DNA of 63,488 nucleotides, filler included, from Reclinomonas americana ATCC 50394 (taxonomy: Eukaryota): assembly GCA_048213135.1 (NCBI GenBank). It is 12 parts of 12 records of this genome, joined end to end, with 100 filler letters (N's around TTAATTAATTAA, not from the genome) between each part and the next. Parts side by side here need not be neighbours in the genome. Positions count along the whole stretch, not along the records: positions 33,565 to 41,280 come from AFZH01017787.1; positions 41,381 to 49,300 come from AFZH01017789.1; 10 more parts are not named here. One strand, written 5' to 3'. Below, in pieces: positions 36,310 to 47,089 of this stretch. The stretch's first letter is position 1. The number at the start of each line of letters is the position of its first letter. Both the position numbers and the translations under genes were made by a program. The notes under the pieces were generated by a model. It searched no databases and was not told the DNA's origin. It saw only the letters and a program-made list of their open reading frames with translations.

Positions 36310-37401
36310 ATGACCTCCACCACTCCTCTCTTCATCCGCAAGACTCTCCTCGGACACACTGCAGCAATTAGTGCTGTTGCTGTCACCGCCGACGGGCAAC
36401 ACATTGTGAGTGGCGGCACTGACGAGACAACGCGAGTGTGGTCGCTGATGACGAGTGGCAAAGAGGTGCGCTGCCTGCGTACTACCTCAGTGCGGCGTGT
36501 CGCCATCACTCCCGATGCGCAACACATTGTGAGTGGCGGAATGGACAAGACCGTGCGAGTGTGGTCCCTGGAGAGTGGGAGAGAGGTGCGGCGACTGGAG
36601 GGATACACCAGCTGGGTGATGTCTGTCACCGTCACTCCCGACGGGCGTCACATTGTGAGCGGCGGCATGGACAAGACCGTGCGAGTGTGGTCACTGGCGA
36701 GCGGAAAGCAAGTGCGGCTGTTGGAGGGACACAGTGGAGGAGTGAACCGTGTTGCTGTCACGCCCGATGGGAAACGCATCGTGAGTGGCGGTGCCGACTG
36801 GTCAGTGCGGGTGTGGTCAATGACGAGTGGCGAGGAAGAGCAATGTTTGGAGGGACACAGTGATGCAGTTCTGTCTGTTGCCGTCACTCCCGATGGACAG
36901 CATGTCGTGAGCGGCAGTCGTGACGGCACTGTGCGAGTGTGGTCGCTGGCGAGTGGAGAAGAAGTGCGGCGGTTGGAGGGACACACCACCGATTGGGTGT
37001 GGTCGGTGGCCGTCACTCCCGACAGTCGCCACATTGTGAGTGGCGGTATGGACTGCACAGTGCGAGTGTGGTCGATGGAGAGTGGGGATGAAGTGCGCCG
37101 ATTGGAGGGGCACACTGCAGGAGTGTGGTCTATTGCCGTTTCTCCCGACGGGCAGCATATTGTGAGTGGAGGTCGTGACAACGTCGTGCGTGTTTGGTCG
37201 ACACCGTGTGGCCTCGCTCGGTGGGAGCTGGACATGGCGCGAGCAGCGATGCAGGCTGTGCAGCAGATGCAGCGAGAAGGAAAAGAGGATGAGGAACGGG
37301 ACTCGCGATGCCTGCCAGAGATGGTGCTGCGGTGTTTCATGGTGGAGGAGGCAGGAGTGGTGCTTCATCGTTCCTTTGTCGATCCTGAGTTGCGCCTGTG
37401 A
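36310..37401 (+). CDS. Intronless 7-blade WD40 protein with a conserved C-terminal tail (copy C, 363 aa)
   Basis: Same architecture; ATG at 36310 (MTSTTPLFIRK). Confidence 0.93.
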   Translation: MTSTTPLFIRKTLLGHTAAISAVAVTADGQHIVSGGTDETTRVWSLMTSGKEVRCLRTTSVRRVAITPDAQHIVSGGMDKTVRVWSLESGREVRRLEGYTSWVMSVTVTPDGRHIVSGGMDKTVRVWSLASGKQVRLLEGHSGGVNRVAVTPDGKRIVSGGADWSVRVWSMTSGEEEQCLEGHSDAVLSVAVTPDGQHVVSGSRDGTVRVWSLASGEEVRRLEGHTTDWVWSVAVTPDSRHIVSGGMDCTVRVWSMESGDEVRRLEGHTAGVWSIAVSPDGQHIVSGGRDNVVRVWSTPCGLARWELDMARAAMQAVQQMQREGKEDEERDSRCLPEMVLRCFMVEEAGVVLHRSFVDPELRL

Positions 37402-37576
37402 GTTGTGTCATGAAAGTGTACAATGAAAACAGCTGAGGGAATGGGAGAAGGAGAAAGACAGGGCGATCCTCCATTGTCAACTTCAGCGTCGCGTGTCACA
37501 AAGGACATAAACACTCAGTTTCCGTCGTCGTCTCTCTCACGCAGACACTTTGCCTTGCCTCTCTCTTTCTCTTCCG

Positions 37577-38680
37577 ATGACCTCCATGGCCCCTGTCTTT
37601 GTCGGCAAGACTCTCCGTCGTCATCACGTCGGCGAGATGTACGCCACCGCCATCACTCCCGACAACAAGTACATTTGCTGTTGTCACAACACCGCGATAC
37701 AAGTGTGCTGCCTTACCAGCGGCCGTGAGGTTCGCCTTATTGAAGGACACACCAGTTGGGTGTGGTCGATAACCATTACTCTCGATGGCCGACACGTGGT
37801 GAGTGGGAGCAGCGACAAGACCGTGCGAGTGTGGTCGCTGGAGAGTGGAGAGGAAGTGCGACGACTTGAGGCGCACACCGGCACCGTCATGTCGGTCGCC
37901 GTCACCCCCGATGGTCGTCACATTATCAGCAGTGGCACGGACAAGACGGTGCGAGTGTGGCCACTGGCGAGAGGCGAAGGAGTGAGACGACTGGAGGGAC
38001 ACACTGGGTGGATTCCTTCTGTGGCTGTCACGCCGGATGGGCTTCACATTGTGAGTGGCAGTATGGACTGGACTGTGCGAGTGTGGTCACTGGCGAGTGG
38101 CGAGGAGGTGCGACGATTGGAAGGCCACCACGCGTGTCCAGTCACCTGTGTCGCGGTCACTCCCGACGGCAAGCACGTTGTGAGTGGCAGCACGGATACG
38201 ACACTGTGTGTGTGGCCTCTGGCGGCTGATGCGCATGAGGAGGTGCGGCGATTGGAGGGACACACCGACTGGGTGTTCTCTGTGGTCGTGACTGGCGATG
38301 GACTGCATGTGGTGAGTGGGAGCAAGGATTCGACGATTCGTGTGTGGTCTCTTGCGAGTGGCGAGGAGGTGCGACGGCTGGTCGAGGGTCATGCTTCTCC
38401 GGTGATGCACGTCTCTGTTGCGCTTGACGGGCAGCATATTGTGAGTGGAGGTAGTGACGGGACGATGCGTGTCTGGTCGACACCGTGTGGCCTCGCTCGG
38501 TGGGAGCTGGAGACGGCGCGAGCGGCCATGCAGGCTGTGCAGCAGATGCAGCGAGAAGGAGAAGAGGATGAGGAACGAGACTCGCGTTGCCTGCCAGAGA
38601 TGGTGCTGCGGTGTTTCATCGTGGAGGAAGCAGGAGTGGTGCTTCATCGTTGCTGCGTGGATCCCGAGTTGCGCCTGTGA
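37577..38680 (+). CDS. Intronless 7-blade WD40 protein with a conserved C-terminal tail (copy D, 367 aa)
   Basis: Same architecture; ATG at 37577 (MTSMAPVFVGK). Confidence 0.93.
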   Translation: MTSMAPVFVGKTLRRHHVGEMYATAITPDNKYICCCHNTAIQVCCLTSGREVRLIEGHTSWVWSITITLDGRHVVSGSSDKTVRVWSLESGEEVRRLEAHTGTVMSVAVTPDGRHIISSGTDKTVRVWPLARGEGVRRLEGHTGWIPSVAVTPDGLHIVSGSMDWTVRVWSLASGEEVRRLEGHHACPVTCVAVTPDGKHVVSGSTDTTLCVWPLAADAHEEVRRLEGHTDWVFSVVVTGDGLHVVSGSKDSTIRVWSLASGEEVRRLVEGHASPVMHVSVALDGQHIVSGGSDGTMRVWSTPCGLARWELETARAAMQAVQQMQREGEEDEERDSRCLPEMVLRCFIVEEAGVVLHRCCVDPELRL

Positions 38681-38840
38681 GCTGTGGCATGAGAATAGAT
38701 AATAAAGGCAAGTGAGTAGGAGAAAGACAGCGCGATCCTCCATTGTCGACTTCAGCGTCGAGTGTCACAAAGGACATAAACACTCTCAGTCTCCGTCGTC
38801 GTCTCTCTCACGCACTCACTTACCTGCTCTCTCTATTCCA

Positions 38841-39947
38841 ATGACCTCCACTACAGCCCCTCTCTTCATCTGCAAGACTCTTCTCGGAAACGCAGATACT
38901 GTGCGTTCTGTCGCCATCACTCCCGATGGCCAACACATCATCAGTGGTGGTGATGACAGGAGAGTGCGAGTGAGGTCCCTCGCGAGTGGAGAAGAAGTAC
39001 GACGACTGGAGGGACACACTGGCTGGGTGATGGCAGTGGCCGTCACACCCAATGGTCATCATATCATCAGTGGCAGCTATGACAGCACAATTCGTGTGTG
39101 GTCGCTGGCGAGCGGAGAACAAGTGCGGCAGTTGGAGGGACACACCGCTGCGGTGCAGAGTGTCGCCGTCACTCCCAATGGTGAGCACGTTGTTAGTGGC
39201 AGCTGGGACTACACAGCGCGAGTGTGGTCACTGGCGACTGGCAACGAAGTCCAGCGATTGGAGGGGCACTTCAATTGGGTGACGTCAGTCGCTGTTACGC
39301 CCAATGGTCAGCACATCGTGAGTGGGAGTCAAGACAGTACGGTGCGTGTATGGTCACTTGCGAGTGGTGCGGAAGAGCTGCGATTGGACACAGGCAGTTG
39401 GTATGTGAGGTCCGTCGCCGTCACTCCCGACGGTCGGCACATTGTGGGCGGCAGTCAGGACAGCAGAGTGCGAGTGTGGTCACTGGCGAGCGGAGACGAA
39501 GTGAGACGACTGGAGGGACACACTTAAGAGGTGAACTCTGTCGCCGTCACCCCCGATAATCGGTTCATCGTGAGCGGAGCCATGGACTGCACAGTACGCG
39601 TGTGGTCACTGGCAACGGGGGAGGAGGTGCAGCGCTTAGAGGGGCACACTGAGGGAGTGCGGTCTGTAGCCGTCTCCCCCGATGGTCAGCACGTGGTGAG
39701 TGGAGGTCGTGATGGGACGATGCGTGTGTGGTCCACGCCGACCGGCCTCGCTCGGCGTGAACTGGAGAGTGCGCGAGCGGCCATGCAGGCCGTGCAGCAG
39801 ATGCAGCATAAAGGAGAAGAAGATGACGATGAGGATGAGGAGCTGGACTCGCGATGCCTGCCAGAGATGGTGCTGCGGTGTTTCATCGTGTTGGAAGCGG
39901 GCGTGGTGCTTTATCGTTGTCAGGTGAATGCCGAGTTGCGCATTTGA
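38841..39947 (+). pseudogene. WD40-family copy E, full length but with a single in-frame TAA (39525-39527); recent pseudogene or sequencing error
   Basis: ORFs 38712-39527 and 39531-39947 are in the same frame: LEGHT*EVNSVAVTP. The tail is intact. Confidence 0.8.
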
Positions 39948-40007
39948 TCTGCGGCATGGCAGCGAGCTCGTACAATATTTAAAAAACAGCTGTGGGCGCA
40001 TGTGCGA

Positions 40008-40963
40008 TACTCGACATCTGCAGCAGGGAGTGAGCAATGGCAGCCGTTGGTGATTGGTGGTGGAGGAGAGGAGTCGGCGGCGGGAAAGCCGGTGGTGGTG
40101 ATTCTCCAGATCGCTCATTGTTGCGTATAAACAAGTGAAGTTACTTGTGGTATGCTGGTCCATTATGCAAGTCAATAATGGTGTGAATTACCCTCGCGAA
40201 GTCAATGTCGATTCGAACTTGGTGGCCGGTGGTGGTGATTCTCTAGATCACTAACTGTTATGTATGGATCAGTGAACCTTCTATATATAGGGTTTCATGG
40301 TGCACTGGCGCGAATTACCTTGCGAAGTCAATATCGATTCGACGTCGTCGACAGTGAAACGGCTCTTCACCTCTGTCACGCATTTCTGCAACAATGTCAG
40401 CGGCCGCCGAGTGCTCCTGTCGCGGAGTGCTCTACTCGACCTCTGCAGCGGGGAGTGAGCAATGGCAGCCGTTGGTGATTGGTGATTGGTGGAGAGGAGT
40501 CGGCGGCGGGAAAGCCGGTGGTGGCGAATCTCTAGATCGCTCATTGTTGCGTATAAACAAGTGAAGTTACTTGTGGTATATATGCTGGTCCATTATGCAA
40601 AGTCAAAAATGGCGTGAATTTCCCTCGCGAAGTCAATGTCGATTCGCTGCGAACTTGCAATTGGTGGCCGGTGGTGGTGATTCTCTAGATCGCTAACTGT
40701 TATGTATGGATCAGTGAAGTGGTCCAGTGAAGTTTCTATAGGGTTTCATGATGCATTGGCGCGAAGTCAATATCGATTCGACGTCGTCGACACAGTGAAA
40801 CGGCTCCTCATCGATCATCATTTCTGCAACAATGTCAGCGACCGCCGAGTGCTCCTGTCGCGGAGTGCTCTACTCGACCTCTGCAGCAGGGAGTGAGCAA
40901 TGGCAACCGTTGGTGATTGGTGGAGGAGAGGAGTCGGCGGCGGGAAAGCCGGTGGTGGTGATT
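40008..40963. repeat. Imperfect tandem repeat, ~430-bp unit x ~2.2, each unit with an internal ~130-150-bp sub-duplication
   Basis: tactcgac..ctgcagc.gggagtgagcaatggca.ccgttggtgattgg starts at 40008, 40433 and 40871. gccggtggtgg.ga.tctc.agatc and gcgaagtcaat.tcgattcg each occur twice per full unit. Confidence 0.9.
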
Positions 40964-41105
40964 GTGTCGTTGTATCGCGAGGCACCGCAGGCGAACTTGA
41001 GAGGCACTGGAGCGGGGCAGTTGGATTTGATGAGGGTGGTCGCGTTGCATCCGAAGACGGGAGAGGTTTGTTGTGTGGGAAGAGGGGAAGGGGAAGGGAA
41101 GGGAG

Positions 41106-41157
<52 letters not shown>

Positions 41158-41161
41158 GAGG

Positions 41162-41193
<32 letters not shown>

Positions 41194-41572
41194 GTGGTGG
41201 TAGTAGTAGAGTAGTAGGTAGGTAGGAGGAGTAGGTAGGTGGTTGGTAGGTAGAGGAGAGAGAGAGAGGTAGTAGTAGTGNNNNNNNNNNNNNNNNNNNN
41301 NNNNNNNNNNNNNNNNNNNNNNNNTTAATTAATTAANNNNNNNNNNNNNNNNNNNNNNNNNNNNNNNNNNNNNNNNNNNNATCTCTTCCCCCATCTCGTC
41401 CCCTCTTCCCCCTTTCTCTCCCCCCTCCCTTCCCCCTCCCTTCCCCCTCCCTTCCCTTTCCCTTTTCCTCCCCCTCCCTTTCCCTTTCTCTCGCCCACCT
41501 CCCTTTCCCTCCCCCAGTGAAACCCCCCCGGACAACATCGAAGTCGCCTCCAGAGCACGCAGCGGAACCGCC

Positions 41573-44184
41573 ATGGCCGCCGCACCCGCCGACGCCTCTC
41601 AAGTCAAGAGTTACTCTCCTCTTCTTATTTCCCCCCTTCGCCCCTCTCTGCACTCACCCCCGCCTCAGTCGGCTCCCGTCGCCGTGGTGCATCTCTGGTG
41701 GGCGGCACGAGCGCAGCCTCTCTCGGCGCTGTCTCCCTCTCCGCATCTCCCGCCGTCCAACGAGTGACACCACCCAAGGCCGCTGCTCGGCGGAGCGGCT
41801 CACGAACACCGAGCGCCCCCGCATCGCCACCGTCGGAGCGCTCAAGCAACTCGCGACCTTCCACACCGCCCGTAGCGATGCCACTCGTCGCCGCTCGCGC
41901 ACCAACTCCTCCACTGTCGCCACAAATCGCCGCCGTCCAAGCCGCCTCCATTGCATCCTCGTTTACAGTGCCACAACAACAACAACAACATGCTCAGCCG
42001 CAGCAGCAGCCTGTCGCACCACAGTCTCCTGTGCGTGAGGATCCACGCCGTTTGATGCCACCGTTGCCGTTGCATCGCTCGCTGGCCGCCGTCGCGCCAC
42101 TTGGTCCCTCCAGTTGAGCTTCCCAAGCAGATGATTTGTTTATTTTGGATTGCCTATTCACTCACTTCTCCTTTTTCGCCAAGGTGTGCGCACCGACGAC
42201 TCGGCCTCTACCATGAACACCTCGGATCGTGTGGATTCGAGCTTGCTACACAATGAGGCCGTCAAGCGCATGGAGGTGCGGGGAAGATGTATATTTGGCA
42301 AGTGTGCAACCGCCCCTTATAACCTGTACTCGCAGCTCAACGAGGCGCTTCTGGCCAAGGAAAAAGAGAGCATTGCTCTGCGTACCAAGCTCGTGCAGCT
42401 GAGCGAGACGCACAGCAAGGCCGTGGCGGATTTGCAAGTCGTCCAGCAGCGTCTTTCGCTGCGCGAGCAGGAGCATGTGACTCGTGAAAGGGCTCTCCAG
42501 TTGGACCTGCAGCAGGTGTCGGAGGCTCTCCGTGAAGAACAGCACAAGGCGGCACTGGGTCGGGCCATTGCGGATCTTGATCTCGATAGCGTTGCGTTTC
42601 TCTTACTTGTGCACTGGCCACCCGGCCTCTTTATCTCATTCTTTCGTCGTCTTGTGTGCAGCTGCGTGCCGAGATTGCACAGCTGGGTGATGCGCTGGAG
42701 GAGACTACAGGCATGATGCTGCGATGGAAGGGCGAAGTGGCTCGTCTGGCCATCAAGCTGCATGACACTGACGAGAAGCATCGGTGCGGATGAGGGGCAC
42801 AGAGGAAAAGAGAGAGGAGAGATAAGAAGACATGGTGACACACGCGGGCACACTGACGCAGGCACAAGAACGCACACACGCACCATATATAGAGATGGGA
42901 GAGATGAGCAAGAACTGATGTTATCGCCTGAGTCGACTTTGGTGTCTCTGTCTCTCTCATCCTCCTTCTCTAATCCTCCTCCTTCTCTCTTCACTAACCT
43001 GCTTGCCTCTCAGTCCCTCAGTCTCTCTGTCTCTCTCATCCTTGCTCTCTCTCCTTTCTCTTTCCTCTCCTGGTCTGCTCTCTCTCTCGCTATCTTCTTT
43101 CTGTCACCTTCCCTCACCTTCACATCCTCATTCACACGCTCGCTCACGCACACAATGGAGATGAGGAACAAAGGATACTGTCGCCTGCATCAACTGGTTC
43201 TCTCTTTCTCTTGTGTCTCGTCTGTCCTTCTCCTCGTCCTCTTCGCCACTTTCCTTCTTCGCCTTCTTCTCCCGTCCAACCTTTCCTCTAAGTCTCTCTG
43301 TCTCTCTCATCCTTTGTTCTCTCTCCTTTCTCTTGCCTCTCCTCTGTTTCCACTCTCTTCTCCCTCTTGCTTTATTCACACACTCGCTCAGGCGCGCAGC
43401 CGTCTTCTTCTCCCACACGCGCAGTGTCACCCACATACTCATGACACACTTACTCGCTTCCTCTTCTCTCTCTCACTCACAGTCATTTGTCGCCTTCCCT
43501 CGCGTTTCGCGTCCACGTTCACTCTCTCACACGCACAACCGTCTGCTTCTCTTTTCCTCCTTTTACTCCCACTCTCTTCCCTCCCACTTGCCCACTCAAT
43601 CTCTCCCTTCCTCGCTTCCCCCTTCCCCCACAACCGCAGCGAACAAGCCATCGCACTCGAAATGGAGAAGTTCCGCCTGTCGCGCCAAGTCGAGCAATCC
43701 GAGAGCAAGTGCGCAGCGCTGCAGGCTGAAGTACACCAGCTGGAATCTGAGGTGGTGGAGGCCACGCGGGAGAGCCAAGCCGCACGACTGAGTTTGGAGC
43801 TGGAGCGTAATGCTCTGCATGAGCGCGTCTCCGCCCTGCAGCAGGAGCTCAAGCTGTTCCAGTCGGTGGCCGAGCGACCACCACCTGTGGCGCTGTCGGA
43901 TTACGAGCCCACACGACACAAAGATGCGGTCACCAATGGTGAGTGGAGGCGTGGGATTGGAGAAGGGAAGGAAGTGGCGTGACAGACTTCCCAGTCATGG
44001 TGGTTTTCGAATCCCTCCCTCTCCTTCCTCATCACTTCCACATCACTTTCCCTTTGCGTGCCTGTGAAGTTGAGAGCGCGAACGAGTTTTTCAGAACACC
44101 TTCACTGTCCGTCGTCTCTCTCACTCTCACGCTCTCCCGTGCTCTTTGTGTTGAGAACGTTTTTCAGAACACACTCACTGTCCT

Positions 44185-44218
<34 letters not shown>

Positions 44219-45153
44219 TCTACCGTGCTCTTTGTGTGTCTGTGATGTTAATAATGAGAACGAGTTATGATAGGACGCTCACTTTCCCTTTCCCTCTCCC
44301 TTCCCCTCTCTTCTCCCTTTCCCTCCCTTTTTCCTCTCCCTTCCCCTCCCTTCTCCCTCACTTCGCCCCTGTTGCGCAGAATGGATCGCCGTGCTGCACG
44401 ACAAGAACAGCCAAATCCGCCGCCTCACCGACGAGCTCTTCAACGCACGCCGCCAAATGGCGCTGGCCCAGGCCTCGATGCAGGCCGAGGTGGCGCGGCA
44501 GCACGTCTTGAGCCGTCGTTCCAGTTTGGAGCATCGACTGGCGGAGGCCGATGCACTGTTCGATTTGGAGTCTGAGTCAAGGCAACGCGAGGAGCGACTG
44601 CGAGAGTCGAGAGCGCAAGGTTCTTTCTCCATTCATCATTTCCTCTCCTCCTTGTCCCGCCTGATTCATGACTCACGCCCTCGGTTCAGATCCCTCACCC
44701 ATACCAGGCATGACACGCCTGCCACCTCCTCCACCACCGCCGCAGTCGCAGCCAGCAGCCGCCGCAGCGCCGGCACTGGTGGCTGCGTCCCCAGCACCCT
44801 CTTCTGTCGCCTCGCCCATACCGTCCCCGTCGCCGTCCCCGATTCTCAATGCGGTCGCCAAGAGCCCTGCCGTGTCGGCAGCCGCCGGTGCCGCGTTGCT
44901 GGCCGCCGCCCCAGCGAGCGAGCCACCACTACACCGGCGCGGTGGCAGCGACACATCGTTTGCCGATGCACTCAGCCCCGTGGCCACCGCTCCGCCATCG
45001 GCACGCGGTGGCGAGGACGAGCTGGGCAAGTTGCTGCAGTCGCCCAATGATCCATCGAGAGGCGCCTCACCCACCAGCAATTACCACACGCCACATCACA
45101 TGGACCACGAGGGCGACGACTCGGACTCGGACGGCAGCTCCAGCGGGTCGTGA
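41573..45153 (+). CDS. Multi-exon coiled-coil protein with Pro/Ser-rich termini, function unknown (5' end uncertain)
   Basis: Heptad-rich exons (LNEALLAKEKESIALRTKLVQLSE, EKFRLSRQVEQSESKCAALQAEVHQLE, WIAVLHDKNSQIRRLTDELF) separated by CT-rich introns; stop TGA at 45153. Confidence 0.7.
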
Positions 45154-45412
45154 TCATGTCCTCTGTTTTTCTCACTTTATGTTATTGCTATTGCGCTTTA
45201 TCGTGTGCGTGTTGTTTGCCAAAGGAATGCAGATTAACCAGCAGAGAGAATCATCAAATCTGAATTTCTTGCACTGAAATGACAGAGAGAACAGGGTGGA
45301 GGAAGGAGGAAAAAGAGGAAGGAAAAAGCACGGCGATAAAAGAAAAGGAAAAGAAATCAGCATATGCGCGCGCGCCGCCGCACACCAAAAATGAGAAAGA
45401 AAAGAGAAAATA

Positions 45413-47046
45413 TTACAACGCCTCCTCGTCGGCCGGTGCAGCATCGCTGCCCAGACCCACCAATCGCACGAGCTCTGCCGAAAGGTGTTGCACGCATTCG
45501 GAGAACGTGATTTGCTTGTTGTGATTAGCGTCGGCGCGATCGGCCAGATCGGCCACATCGGTCTCTGTCTTGGTCGGGTCCAGGGCGTACACCAGCGCGC
45601 AGAACTCGTCCAGGTCGAGCACGCCGTTGCGGTCCTCGTCGAACTGGTGGAACAGCTCGGTGAATCGCTGCAGGAAGCGCTCGTGGCCGCGCAGTTGGAA
45701 GTCCAAGAGGATCTGTCGGAGGGGGGAAAGAGGGGGAGAGTGAGGGGAAAGTGAGGGAGGGGGGAGGGAGAAGGGGGAGAAGAAGGAGAAGGGGAGAAGG
45801 GGGAGAAAGAGGAAGAGAGACAGGGAGCAAGAAAGGGAGAAACATCATAGACAAACAGACGGACATAAAACAGAAGTATGCACATGCACGGACACAGTGA
45901 AAGAGGAGCAGCAAAGATTGACAGAGAGAGGACTGAAGTAAAACAAACACCACGCTCCACGACAACAAAAGAGAGCAAGCTCAAGACCCATTCCCCTTCC
46001 CCTCAACCCCCTCTCTCCCTTTCGTCCACGCACCCTCAAAAACGTCTGATACGAAATCTTGTTGGCCTGATCGCTGGCGGCCTGGGCGGCAGCTGCACGT
46101 GCCGACGACGAGGAGCCGGGTTGTGGCTGATTCCGTCTTGCGGCCTCACGAATGGCCTCGCGCACCTTGGCCACAATCGCCACACTGTCGTCGTGATTGT
46201 ACATGTACTTGACGATTTCGACCCACTCCTCCTCCTGCGCACACAACAGGTGATGAGAGACAGCTGATGCCGCCACAACTCTTGATAATCAGAACGCAAC
46301 ATTCACAGTGCCGTTCATGCGTTTCCGCAGCAGACTGTTGATATCCATGTCGCCCTTCAGCGGGTACTTGCCCTTGAGGTACACCCGGAGCAGCTCGCGC
46401 ACCGTCTCCTTCAGTTGCTTTTGTACAAAGCGGAACTCCTCGTCGACCTCATTACGCAAAATCTTGGCAAACACCGCCACGTCATTGTCCTGCGCCTCGA
46501 ACTTTTTCACCGCATTCACAATTGCCGCCGCCCAGTCTGCACGAAAAAGGTGAGCAGGCAGAAGAATGCACGGCGCACACGGTGCGAGACGCACCCAAAA
46601 TGAGGCTCTTCAGTCCGTATTTCTGGTTCAGGTATGTGTACAGGTGCTTGCCCATGGTCTCGCGCGGCAACTTGGACTCCTCGCACTTGGCGTCGAACTT
46701 CTCCTTGGACAAGTAGATCTCCTCAATCACATCCAGCGTCTGCTTCAGCGACAGATCGCGCTGCGAGGGGCCGCCACCACTCGCGACGGCAGCCGCCACG
46801 CCCGCGGCACCGCTGTCGGAGGCTGAGCGACGAAGGGAAGTGAGGAATGGAGAGGAAATGGACAAGGAGGGGGGGAATGAATGGAGAGATTTGGGAGTCA
46901 GGAAATGCAACTAACGGACCACGCGATTACAGGCTGCAGAATGATTCAGCAGATGAATGGGTCTCTCTCTCTCTCTCTCTCAACGCAACGTGACTACTCT
47001 GCAGATGCGTGTCTACTGATCTTCTGCTTGTTTTGAAGGCGACGAG

Positions 47047-47089
<43 letters not shown>

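Noticed and set aside
39525..39527. Non-standard genetic code (TAA as a sense codon)
   Set aside because: TAA, TAG and TGA all terminate predicted genes here (19087, 4142, 2546), and no other conserved gene shows in-frame stops.
34916..39947. Diversity-generating retroelement driving WD40 variability
   Set aside because: No reverse transcriptase or invariant template repeat is visible in the window, and the variable codons do not look adenine-specific.
5649..39947. Functional pairing of the STAND-cyclase with the WD40 array as a split NLR
   Set aside because: Attractive, but they are about 15 kb apart with five unrelated genes and three gaps between them; there is no sequence evidence for a link.
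40008..40963. CRISPR array (also 46996-47330)
   Set aside because: Eukaryotic context, no cas genes, degenerate repeats; at 40 kb the 'spacers' are themselves duplicated.
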